Assembly: GCF_009914755.1 (NCBI RefSeq)
Contig: NC_060937.1
DNA: 64,000 nt
Direction: 5' to 3' (one strand)
DNA from: the human T2T-CHM13v2.0 reference genome, Homo sapiens
The translations under genes and the position numbers were made by a program. A model generated the notes under the pieces. That model was not told where the DNA came from and made no database searches. It saw only the letters and a list, made by a program, of their open reading frames with translations. Position 1 is the first letter of the stretch; each line of letters starts with the position of its first letter. Below are positions 12,385-25,036 of this stretch, in pieces.

Positions 12385-14645
12385 ATACACAAATCAATAA
12401 ATGTGATTCATCCCATAAACAGAACTGAAGACAAAAAAACCACATGATTATCTCAATAGATGCAGAAAAGTCTTTCAATAATATTCAACATCCCTTTATG
12501 TTAAAAACTCTTGATAAACTACATATTGAAGGTACATACTTTAAAATAATAAGAGCCGTATATGACAAACCTACAGACAATATTGTACTAAATGGGCAAA
12601 AACTGCAAGCATTCCCCTTGAAAACTGGCACAAGAGAAGAATTTCCTCTCTCAACACTCTTATTCAACATACTACTGGAAGTTCTGGCCAGGGCAATCAG
12701 ACAAGATAAAGAAATAAGGGGCATTCAAACAGGAAGAGAGGAAGTCAAATTATCCCTGTTTGCAGATGACAAAATTCTATATCTAGAAAACCCCATTGTC
12801 TCAGCCCAAAAGCTTCTTAAGCTAAAAAACAATTTTAGCAGTCTCAGGATACAAAATTAACGTGCAAAAATTGCTAGCATTCCTATACACAAATAACAGT
12901 CAAGCTGACAGTCAAATCATGAATGGACTCCCATTTACAGTTGCAACAAAAATAATAAAATACGTAGGAATACAGTTAACTAGGAAGGTTTAAGATCTCT
13001 CCAAGGAGAACTACAAACAACTGCTCAAAGTAATCTGAGATGAGATGACACAATCAAATGGGAAAAAAAACATTCCATGCTCATGGATAGAAGAATCGAT
13101 ATCATTAAAATAGTCATACTGCCTAAAGCAATTTATAGATTCAATGCTATTCCCATTAAACTACCAATGACATTATTCACAGAACTAGAGAAAACTGTTT
13201 TAAAATTTATATGAAACCAAAAAAGTGCCTGAATAGCCAAGGCAATCCTAAACAAGAACAAAGCTGGAGGTATCAAGTTACCCAACTTCAAACTACACTA
13301 AAGAGCTACAGTAAACAAAACAGCATGGTACTCGTATAAAAACAGACACACAGACCAATGGAACAGAACAGAGAACCCAGAAATAAGACCTCACACTATC
13401 TGGTCTCTGACAAACCAGACAAAAACAAGCAATAGGGAAAGGATTCCCTATTCAATAAATGATGCTGGGATAACTGGCTAGTCACATGCAGAAAATTGAA
13501 ACTAGACCACTTCCTTACACCATGCACAAAAATTAACTCCAGATGGATTAAAGGCTTACATGTAAAGCACAAAACTATAAGAACCCTGGAAGATAACCTA
13601 GGCAATACCATTCAGAACACAGGCATGGGCAAAGATTTAATGATGAAGGTGCCAGATGGGATCTAATTAAACTAAAGAGCTTCTGCATAGCAAAAGAAAC
13701 TATCAACAGAGTAAACAGACAACCCATGGAATGGGAGAAAATGTTTGCAAACTATGCATCTGACAAAGGTCTAATATCCAGCATCTATAAGAAGCTTAAA
13801 TAAATTTACAAGAAAAAAACAACTCCATAAAAGAAGCTGGCAAAGAACGTGAACATTTCTAAAAAGAAGACATGCATGTAGCTAACAATCATCTGAAAGA
13901 AATCTCAACATCACTGATCATTAGAGAAATGCAAATCAAAAACACAATGAGATACCATCTTACACCAGTCAGAATGGCTATTATTAAAAAATAACAGATT
14001 CTGGCAAGGTTGTGGAGAAAAAGGAACGCTTATACACAGTTGATGGGAGAGTAAATTAGGTCAACCATTGTAGAAGACAATATGGTAATTCCTCACCTAA
14101 AGACAGAACCTATCATTCAACCCAGCAATTCCATTACTGGATATATACCCAAAGAAATACAAGTCGTTCTATTACAAAGACACACACTCGCATGTGTTCA
14201 CTGCAGCACTATTCACAATAGCAAACACACAGAATCAACCTAAATGCCCATCAGTGATAGACTGGATAAAGAAAATATACCATGGAATACTATGCAGTCA
14301 TAAAAAAGAACAAGATGATGTTTTTTGCAGGGATATGGATGGAGCTGGAGGCCATTATCCTAGCAAACTAATACAGAAACAGAATACGAAATACTGCATG
14401 TACTCACTTATAAATGGGAACTCAATGATGAGACTAGATGGACACACAGAGGGGAATAACACACACTGCAGCCTATCATAGGGTGATGGGTGGGAAAAGG
14501 GAGAGGATCAGGAAAAATAACTAATGGGTACGAGGCTTAATACCTGGGTGATGAAATAATCTGTACAACAAACTCCCATGACAGGCGTTTACATATGTAA
14601 CAAACCTGCACATGTAACCCTGAACTTAAAAGTTTTTTTTTTAAA
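12385..14645 (+). mobile_element. Sense 3' segment of the same L1PA13-16-like element (ORF2 RT and C-terminus, 3' UTR), disabled
   Basis: RT peptide [11 protein letters not shown]...LSLFADD. The 3' UTR GGATCAGGAAAAATAACTAATGGGTA...CCCTGAACTTAAAAG is typical of older L1PA. Many stops and indels. Confidence 0.93.
12444..12860 (+). pseudogene. L1 ORF2 reverse transcriptase fragment (non-functional)
   Basis: 138-aa ORF with SIDAEK and FADD motifs; truncated, and the QGCP motif is degraded to EEFP. Confidence 0.9.
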
Positions 14646-15948
14646 GGTCAATATCTGTATAGTCGTCACACACTTGGGGTTTACTCTTCAAGTTTATGGT
14701 GTAGAAACACAATATAATATAAGAAATGATGAATAATAACATAATGTACTTGAGAGGCTAATAGAAATATTTAATCAATTTCACTAAACTCCTGCACATT
14801 CTGCAAAGACAAGACACTAAACCTTCCAGCAACAAGGACACCTGTGCCCCTAACCCAGCTTGCTGTTTTACCTCAGCAAAATTAAGCCGTGTATCTTCCA
14901 CATTCAACTGAAAAAAGCCACAAAGTTCTCTATCTTAAAGGTATCTGATGAACTCCTTATAAGTCTAACAAGCCTGTGGATTACAGCTGGAGGTGTTTGT
15001 TTCAAGAAGACAGAAAACATGAAATTGTGGCAGACAAAACATCCTGAGTTGATTCCTGGCACAATGGAACACCTAGTTGAGATGGAACCAACTGAAAGGA
15101 TGGTTGTTCAGGTGTGGTGGCAGACCAGGTTCAGAACATTTATAAAGGCTTACAGAGTTTGTCTATTTTCCCCTCTAGGGTCACATAGAAATGACTTTGT
15201 CAGTTACAAGATGTGACAGACATTGCAAGAAATTCCTCCAGGTGATTGACTACAGGTTTGAGAATGAAAAGGAAAAAGTGAATGATATCTGTGGAGATGA
15301 CACAGTTTTCAGAAGCATATAGGATGCTGACTTTTTAATTGCATGGTGTTTGGAGAGTTCGGGCTCCACTCAGGGAGCTGAAGTCGTGATTCAGAGACTG
15401 AGCCTACTAGAAGAGCATCCCTGATCCAGCTCCCCAGAGGTACCCTGTGAGTGAGGGCAGCCCTATCATTCTACCCCTGCAAAGATTAATGATACAACTA
15501 CGGAAGCAGAAGTAATAACTGGAATGTGAACATCATCAAACCAACCACATCAGAAACTACTGTTAAAAAAACTCATCTGTCTCTACCTTGCCCCATATTT
15601 AATGTCTTGTTTGTGCCATATTCTCACTACCTTTGCCCTCCACCAACACTCTCGCTCTTTGCAACATTCCATAAGTCGTTAGTAAATGTAAGATGGTATA
15701 AATTATAGTGCACATTTAATTCTTAGAAGGCTATTGTAAAAATTAAAAAGAAATAATTTGAAGACAGACAATAGGAGTAAAAGAGAGGAAATAATAGGAT
15801 CAATAATTTTAAATGTTAATGATAATATCATTCAAATTATTATTATTATTATTATCCTGCTGAAAGATGCCTGGGCACCTGTTATCTTTTAAGGCACTCT
15901 GGTAGGCTCCAAATGTACACGTGTTTCATTTTTACAAGCCTGTCTGGG

Positions 15949-16289
<341 letters not shown>

Positions 16290-17514
16290 TGAAGAATTAA
16301 TGGCTCCAGAAATGGTACCAGATTGATGGTCTACGAACCCTACAGTATTGTCCTCTTGTTGCCGCACATATTCTTTCCCGCACCACAGCTTCCTTATATT
16401 CCTTACATTTCTCATTCTATAAACCCTCTCTCAGTTGATGGTCACCTCCTCAGAGAAGCCTTCCTCGCCTTACTCAACAGCTTGCTATGATATCCTATCC
16501 ATACTCTGGAACTGCAATTCTACAGTATTTTTCTAATTGGCTATTTAATTTTCTCTCTTCCTACTTTTCTATCAGTTTTGCACTGTCTGTAAATAGGATT
16601 TTTTTAATACCAAAAGGAATAAACTATGATTGAAAAAAGATTAACTTATAAGACTTTGATAATGGCTGTACATCATGGATAGGCAAGAATAGATATTTCT
16701 GTATTTCTTTAGATATAAAACTGGTTCAATCAGAACTCCAAGGAAAAAAACGTACACAATTTTGTTTTCTTTGAAAATAAAACATCTGTGACCAAAAAAA
16801 CACAGCTGTTGTAATGACTTCACAGTGATATTAATATGTAGAATAATTATGAAAAACAGAGCAATCTGTTATTAAGAACAAGTGTGGCTGAATTAGAATT
16901 TGTTGCTAGAATTTTGTGCAACAGTGGATCATCCACTGTTTTATCATCTTTAGAATTGTTGGAAGTGCTTTCATAACCATTATTACAGCTTGATGGCTTT
17001 ATCTTCTCATGATAGCCCTGATATGCCCAAAAAGATATCTCCATTTCCATACATTTTATGTGTGAGGAAAATAAAAATCACTCTGGTCAAGAGATTTCTC
17101 AAAGCTGAGGCTCCGTGCTGCTGGATAAAGCAGAAATGGCAATGAATGAAATGGAAAAGGAGTTGTCTGGAAATCTTTGTACAATAAGAAATAACTCCAG
17201 AAAAAAAAATAATGGAAAGTTAAATTTACTTAGTGCCTTTTCCTGTACATCGTGTGAACTCCTGGAAGCAGGTAGACCAGGCTCTCTTGGGTGTGCTGCA
17301 GTGTGGTGGCATTTGACTTGGAGTCTTAGTGGATGAAAGTGCATGAGGTTAACTATATCACCTTCTGTCTACAGAAGGAAATGCTATGTTTATTCTACCT
17401 GTAAAAATATTGACCGCGGTAAAATCAGCAGTTAGGAATGTATAGAAATAAAGAAGTTTACAGTTCTGAGGGGGTTGGAACAAATTGCCAGTAAAAATAA
17501 AACAAAAATATTCT

Positions 17515-17860
17515 GGCCAGGTGCAGTGACTCGCAAATGCAATCCCAGGGAGAGTAAGGCAGGAGGATCACTTGAGTCCAGGAGTTCAAGACCAGCCTGG
17601 GCAACGTGGTGAAATCATGTCTGTAAAAAAAATAAAAACAAACAAACAAAAAATAGCAATGCGTGGTGGTGCATACCTGTAGTTCCAGCTACTCAGGAGG
17701 CCGAGGTGAGAGGATGGCTTGAGCCCCAAGTGTTCAAGGCTGTAATGAACTATAATTGCACCACTGGACTCCAGGCTGGGAGAAAGAGTGGGACTCCATC
17801 TCTCAAAATTATATATATACACACACATATACATGCACACACACAGTCACACACATATAT
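17515..17860 (+). mobile_element. AluJ whose tail has become a (TA)/(CA) microsatellite
   Basis: AluJ-type GGAGGATCACTTGAGTCCAGGAGTTC and TTCAAGGCTGTAATGAACTAT. Tail TATATATACACACAC. Confidence 0.93.
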
Positions 17861-20542
17861 CCATTAGAGAAAACGATGGTCTGTGCAGAAGACATTGTTT
17901 TCATTATTTAACACTTTGGTTGTCTATACATAGGTCTAATGATTTGATTTCAGTACACTAAAATTTATTTCTACTTCATAAATGTGGTTCTGAAAATTGA
18001 TATGATTTGAGACTCAATTGTTAGAACTACTGATAAAAACAGAAGATTGTGACATATAATAAAAATATTCATACAGGACCAACACTTGTCTTCTTGCCAT
18101 GCTGAAACCGGTAGGCGAAAATTACCAAAAGAATCACTTTTTGATAGTCATAAGAGGACAAATTAATTCAATAATTTGGGTAGCTAACACCAAAAGGCAG
18201 GTAGACAGAAGGGTTAGTTGTGTAATTATTCACATTAATAGCTCCAAATAGAGATGGCTTGGATGGAACCAGGCACTTGCTGACTTTGTTGATAAACAGA
18301 AAAAAGCAACAGAATAAAAGGGCAAAACCCAAATGGACGATGAAAAGATGAGAGCTGAAATCAACACTGCTTTTCATTTCGAGTAGATATGGCATAGAAC
18401 GGTCTATCCATGGTTGCCTGTGCTGTTTGTCCCCAGGCCCTGATGTTCACGACCATGATTTGTGGTCCAAACTGATGGATCATTCATTGCTGCATAACTG
18501 AGCAATGAGATTCAAGTGCATTGGAACCATGAGTCTTGCAGTCTGTTTGCTTTACCTATGGGTTAACTACTGTGCTTTGTATCAAGGTGTTATTAGTTTA
18601 ATTTCTGACATTATAAATAGCATGACAGTGTTTCCTAAAAGTTCAAATAGTGCAAATGGGAATGACCCAGATATCTCTGTAAAAGTCTAAACGACTGTGT
18701 GATTTTTAATGACAGATAGAAGAACACATACAACCAATTGGATTAGGGGGAACAAGTAACCAAAACAGAGAATACTGAACAATATATGGAAATAATTTGG
18801 GTTTGGGCATTGTGAAGAACAGAATGTAAAAGCACATATGGAAACTAAGTCTCACGAGTAGAGCATAAGACAAGCAACTGCTTCTAAACCAAGCAAAAGA
18901 GTTTGTCTTCCAAAAGGACACCAATTCCCAGATGGACATAGAGGCGTTACTGTTTGAGCACACCACACAAATGGATACATCATCATATCATTCTCTTGAT
19001 TGCTCAATGAAACTAAGTTAAGTCACATTTCCTGCATCAGAAGTTGCAAGTAAGATATTTCTAGTTTGAACAAAAGGGAAAATTTTGACAACAGATGTGT
19101 TGGCCTATATAGTGTAGAGCTGATTTCATCAGATACTACAAACAATTGTGCTTTTTGTGGTACATAAAGAGATGCGCCAAATTACAGCAACAACAATGTC
19201 AACAAAAATGTGAAAAATGTTCTTAGCTCTTAGGTACTTTGATTTAGAAATGGAGTTTAAGTCATCATCTTGATTTCTATGAAGATTTTAATGAAACCAC
19301 AAAAGCATAAAATGAAAATAGTTGATTTTTGATATCTTGTCCAATGCCAAATAGACTCTGCTAGTTTATCTGCATACTTGGCAGAAAGTACACATATGAA
19401 TGTTCACAAATTCCATACAGACTATACATTCTATACGCCAAACCCCTCCCTGGAAAAACCTTCTAAGTGTCTTGTATACCCTGTAGACAATACTACTAAC
19501 ACAGGGTGTGATTTGATTTCCAGTGGTGTTGAGGTTTTCATAATTAAAGTTGTGGTTACTGTTCAGTTTCCTCAAAACATAAAGCATCATTTTTTTGAAA
19601 TCACACATAGGAAGAAGATAGCCTTTGTAGACAAGATGGTTATCATTGTTGCCAGCCATAGAAAATGTGTTAAAATACTGATCTGCCATAAGATCATACT
19701 TTCAGAGTTTGAGACAAGAAGGGTGTCCCTCACTAATCTGATGTTCATTGAGGATAAGAATAAAGAAAATTACTAGAGTAAAAACCAGAAACCTACATGC
19801 TGCTTCTCCAAAAGTGTCTGATGACCTTTGAAGAGGCAAGGAGACTTGAGAGGGATGAACTGTCTACATCTTTGTTCAATGTTATGTGTAGGTTATGAAA
19901 AAAACTCATAAAATTACATATATTTTTGAAACATCACTGTTTTAGAATGGAAATATATGTATATTTTAATTCTGGTAATATATATTACCAGAAATGGGCA
20001 AACAAGCTAAATTGTTCTTTCTCAATTTCTTTACTAGAATTGTAAACTACCTTGATTTAATAAGTTCAAATTATCTCTGGGTTTTAAAAGTATTTTCCCT
20101 GAGAAAGAGCAATTTGAGATACCATCCCATGTGTTTTGAAATGTTAAAAATATCAGACATTTTAGGCACAAATAGTATGATGAGTTTATAGATGCAAAGG
20201 ACCTGACTGACAAACAGCTGGTCTCCCAAAACAAGCCTGTAGATACAAAGTAAATGGAAATTTTTGGAGAGCAGACAACTGATTCCTACAGGTCTAAAAC
20301 TTGCTGTTGCTAGTAAACGAAATCATCAGGATCCCAGGCTCCAAAGCTATTGCTGAGACGGTGTTTAGCTTGATGTCCTCACACTGGACTGACATCTGGA
20401 AGCAGTGCCATGAGTGTCTGGTAGGAGTAGAGCTGCCAGTCAGGTGAAATTTCTGTTTAATCATGTTCAGTTTTACCACAACATGTAAAACGATGTGCTA
20501 AAGGCTACAGGCAGTCCCCAGAAGCATTATTGGAAAAGGAAA

Positions 20543-20901
20543 TGTATTAGTCCATTTTCATGCTGCTGAAAAAGACATACGTGAGACTGGGCAATTTACA
20601 AAAGAAAGAGGTTTATTGGACTTACAGTTCCACATGGCTGGGGAAGCCTCAAAATCATGGTGGAAGGCAAGGAGGAGCAAGTCACATCTTAGATGGATGG
20701 GAGCAGGCAAAAAAGAAAGAGCTTGTGCAGGGAAACACCACGTTATAAAGTCATTAGATCTTGTGAGACTTATTCACTATCACGAGAACAGCATAGGAAA
20801 AACCTGCTTCCAGGATTCAATTACCTCCCACCAGGTCCCTTCCACAACATGTAAGAATTCAAGATGAGATTTGGGTGGGGACACAGAGCCAAACCATATC
20901 A
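20543..20901 (-). mobile_element. THE1 (THE1B-like) MaLR solo LTR
   Basis: TGTATTAGTCCATTTTCATGCTGCTG...AGCCAAACCATATCA. Perfect 5-bp TSD GGAAA at 20538-20542 and 20902-20906. Confidence 0.95.
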
Positions 20902-23258
20902 GGAAACAAAGATTTAAAATATTCTACTGGAGCATGGACAGAATGCAATACATAATTTTTTAAATACAGGCACTAACTACTTAAGCAGTCCTATTTTTAA
21001 AGTTTTCTTTTTAAAATTCTTAGATTTATCAATATTATCCTTCCATAATATATACAGCCTAATAAATTTAAACATCCAATAAAAGGTTTAACAAGAAGTT
21101 AAAATAAATTGCTATATCTCAGAACATGAATGAATATAAAAATAGTCTCATTTTTGAGATATATAATTTTAGTTATACTCTTAATTACTATTAACCGACA
21201 CTGATATGAGTTTTACTGTTTTATCTAAACACAATTTATGTAACAGAAAAGTCATATAGAACACTATATAATTTCTAATAATGACCTAAACTTATATTTT
21301 TATTAAAGCCATAACACCTCTGTATATCATGATTCATTATATAATATTGCTGTGTTTTCATTTATCTTACATGGCTATATGGTCATCTCTACAAATATGG
21401 TCGTGCTGATCACCAGGTTTATCTGCCATGCTCAGGAAAGTTACTCCATTCCTCTGATGTACACTTTCTTCAAGTACATCTTTCAGAATGATTTCAGATC
21501 CACATCCAATGCTATTCTATCAATAAAGGCTTTTTAAATAAAAGCAAACAAAATTAATAATCCCCAGTGTCCCTATAGCACTTTGGATACAGCTATCTTA
21601 TAACTGGATTGACATTATAGATACGTGTGTGTATACAGGTTTTTCTCATCTATTACAGAAAGTCCAAGGTCAGAAGCCCTGCCTCGTGTAACTTCATATG
21701 CTTACAGCTCCTCTGGTAGACGGAGGCATTTAATTAATAACTAAATATGTTTTTGCTGCATCTGATAATTAAATACAAAACAACTAAATCACAAATTAGC
21801 AAATCTGCCATATGCATGCAGATAAAGTCAATAATTGTAAGCTTTATTGTTTCCAGATGATCAGAATTTTTGTCCTTGTTAGAATATGAAACATAACAAT
21901 ATTGTTTGAGTGCCTTATAAGTTCTGGTTTTCATGCCAAAAAATCAGATGAAGCTAATAACATGTGATATTTTATTAGTTTGATGTTAGACTAGATGAAA
22001 TATTGATTATCTAATTTAAGAGCTATCACAGAAAGCAAATCATGTACACATAATCTATGTGTAAACAAGAAAAAAGAATGCCTAAAGCTACATCTGGTGA
22101 TGAATGTATCTCATATCAAAATGAGGGAACCAGGAAAATATTAATCACATGGCAAAAAAATTCAGGCAGATATCATGTCAAACTGTAGAAAGTTCAAACA
22201 TAGAGTCTTCTCATTGATGGATCCATGACAGGCTAACTACCAGTAAGGAATTGAAGAGCTTGGGAGAGGACTGTGGCAGATTAAGAACAATTTATGTTGG
22301 GGAAAATAAGAAAGCCCTGGAGATGTCTGCTTTCCTGTCATTGTTAAAAAATGGCTTTGGATTCCTAAAAGTCAATTGAATTTTCATGTGATTTTGGAGG
22401 TTAAGCAAGTTTTGGGCAGAAAGAGATATGGGAATATGATGATTAATGATCACAGGGAAAGATATCTGTTGATGCAATTCGAAAAGAGAAAATGGTGGAA
22501 AGAAGACAGGGGGAGAACAACGTGGAATTAAGAAGTAATTTTAGAACTGAGGAATTCCTGGCAAATGAGACAATCTCAATCAGGAAGGGAAGGAAAATGA
22601 AAGAATATACTTATGAAAGTATTAAGTAGGAATTTGAATTTTATTCTTGTTCCTTTTATTGTTTTGACAATGAGTTCAATGTTCTTTGACAAGGGAAACG
22701 AAAACAGTAATTCTGACAGTGGCCATCGAGTTAGAGGCTGAAAGGGATTTTTTCAGGTTAATCCAAAAAAATCTCTGAGAGAACAGCTAGAAGCGCAGTT
22801 TTCATTCAGAACCATTAAAAATGCATATATGTAGGAAGAGTAGTAGATAGGCAGTGATAAAATTTTAAATGTCATTAGGGCTTCATCAAATGTGTATTCA
22901 CATCTGTCTATATGGGTGTTCAGTACATATCTAACACACACACATAAACACAATGCAGCTTAATGACAATTATACTTCACCAATAAAAAAACGATCAACA
23001 CACTCAGAAGCAAAACTGAGATGTCTGATTTTTAAGTGTTTTAATTATTTTTGTAAATGAATTAACTCCAGAAGTTAAAAAAAAACACATACCTATGATC
23101 ACCTTATAAAATTTATTAATATAGGACCTAAAGGACAATTCATAAATACTGAAAGTATTCATTTTCTCAAAGACTTTGAAAATTATAGACCTCTGGAGTT
23201 GATAAACTATTAGAACTAAATCCCTGTCTTCCGTTTAAAAGTTATATATACAATAAAG

Positions 23259-23421
23259 TTTTTTTTTTCTTTTTCTGAGAAAGGGTCTCACTCTGTCACC
23301 CAGGCTGGAGTGCCATTGCACAATCATAGCTCACTGCAGCCGCAAACTCCTGGGCTGGGGGATCCTCATGCTTGACCTCCCAAACTGCTGGGATTGCAGG
23401 TGTGAGCCACTGGGCCAGGCC
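23259..23421 (-). mobile_element. Monomeric Alu (FRAM-like or internally deleted AluJ)
   Basis: About 160-bp single arm with poly-T. Left-arm-type 5' end is joined to a right-arm-type 3' end. Confidence 0.85.
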
Positions 23422-24283
23422 ATATTGAAGTCTTTTGAAGACACTTTGTCTCAGAATAGCAGAAATTCAACTTTTTGGTTCAAAATCCTAGGTTATATAC
23501 CACACACATGATCTTAAGTCACTATTATACTATTTCAATAATATATTTTACAGTATCATTCTGCAAATTAAGGACATTGTAAAGAAGGCAAAGATTTGAA
23601 GACCCAAGGGAAAAAATAATCAGTTACTTCCTTACGGCTTGCTTTTTTTCTTGTTATTCTTAATTTAACATATTCCTAATTATTCTACATTTCTTTTATG
23701 AGTACGTATTGTCTCTTTTTCTTCAGATTATAGGTGACTTTGAGATTTGTCCATACCTTATGCCTATTATCTAGTACAATTTTTATTTGTTATTTTAAAA
23801 TAATATGCTGATAGACAACTCTATTGTTTCTCTGAGGGAACTCATTATCTTTAAAACTCATTCTAATATTCCATTTAAAACGTCAGATATAAAAGTAGCA
23901 TCAAAATTATCATCCCATCAAAACAGATCACACACAGTTTATAAGTCAACTGAATCAATTATTATGTATAAGATTAGAAGTTTACAACTGGGCTTGTCAG
24001 CTTTAAAAGCACCCTGGAAGGCTTGACAATTTTACATGTATTAATTCTAAAGTGGGCAGGGATGCAAAAAAACACTCCACTGTTTTGGTTTTGTTGTAAA
24101 AATTAATGTCCTAACACATCATTTTATACCTTAGTCCATTTTGTGCTGCTACAACAGAATACTTGCGACTGGGTAACAAATAAAGAATAGAAATTTTTTT
24201 TTAATAGTTCTGGAGGTCACAAAGGCCAAGTTCAAGGTGTTGGCAGGTTAGAGTTTGGTCTCTGCTTTTAAGATAGTGCCTTG

Positions 24284-25036
24284 CCATCAGAGAAATGCAA
24301 ATCAAAACCACAATGAGACACCATCTCACACCAGTTAGAATGGCGATCATTAAAAAGTCAGGAAATAACAGGTGCTGGAAAGGATGTGGAGAAATAGGAA
24401 CACTTTTACACTGTTGGTGGGACTGTAAACTAGTTCAACCATTGTGGAAGTCAGTGTGGCCATTCCTCAGGGATCTAGAACTAGAAACACCATTTGACCC
24501 AGCCATCCCATTACTGGGTATATACCCAAAGGACTATAAATCATGCTGCTATAAAGACACATGCACACTTATGTTTATTGTGGCACTATTCACAATAGCA
24601 AAGACTTGGAACCAACCCAAATGGCCAACAATGATAGACTGGATTAAGAAAATGTGGCACATATACACCATGGAATACTATGCAGCTATAAAAAATGATG
24701 AGTTCATGTCCTTTGTAGGGACATGGATGAAATTGGAAATCATCATTCTCAGCAAACTATTGCAAGAACAAAAAACCAAACCGCATATTCTCACTCATAG
24801 GTGGGAATTGAACAATGAAAACACATGGACACAGGAAGGGGAACATCACACTCTGAGGACTGTTGTGGGGTGGGGGGAGTGGGGAGGGATAGCTTTAGGA
24901 GATATACCTAATGCTAAATGATGAGGTAATGGGTGCAGCACACCAGCATGGCACATGTATACATATGTAACTAACCTGCACATTGTGCACATGTACCCTA
25001 AAACTTAAAGTATAATAATAATAAAATTAAAAAAAA
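24284..25036 (+). mobile_element. 5'-truncated young L1 (L1PA3-like)
   Basis: ORF2 C-terminus plus 3' UTR (GCTAAATGA...CACCAGCATGG...TAACTAACC) and poly-A. 14-bp TSD AAGATAGTGCCTTG (24270-24283) / AAGACAGTGCCTTG (25037-25050) at a TTTT/AA site. Confidence 0.96.
24295..24921 (+). pseudogene. L1 ORF2 C-terminal cysteine-rich fragment, frameshifted into the 3' UTR
   Basis: [18 protein letters not shown] zinc-knuckle motif. Departs from ORF2 after EQKTK, consistent with a 2-nt deletion near 24780. Confidence 0.88.

Noticed and set aside
14860-15241. 118-aa ORF and possible 63-nt exon at 15179-15241
   Set aside because: No recognisable homology, TTG start and a weak donor (CAG|GTGATT).
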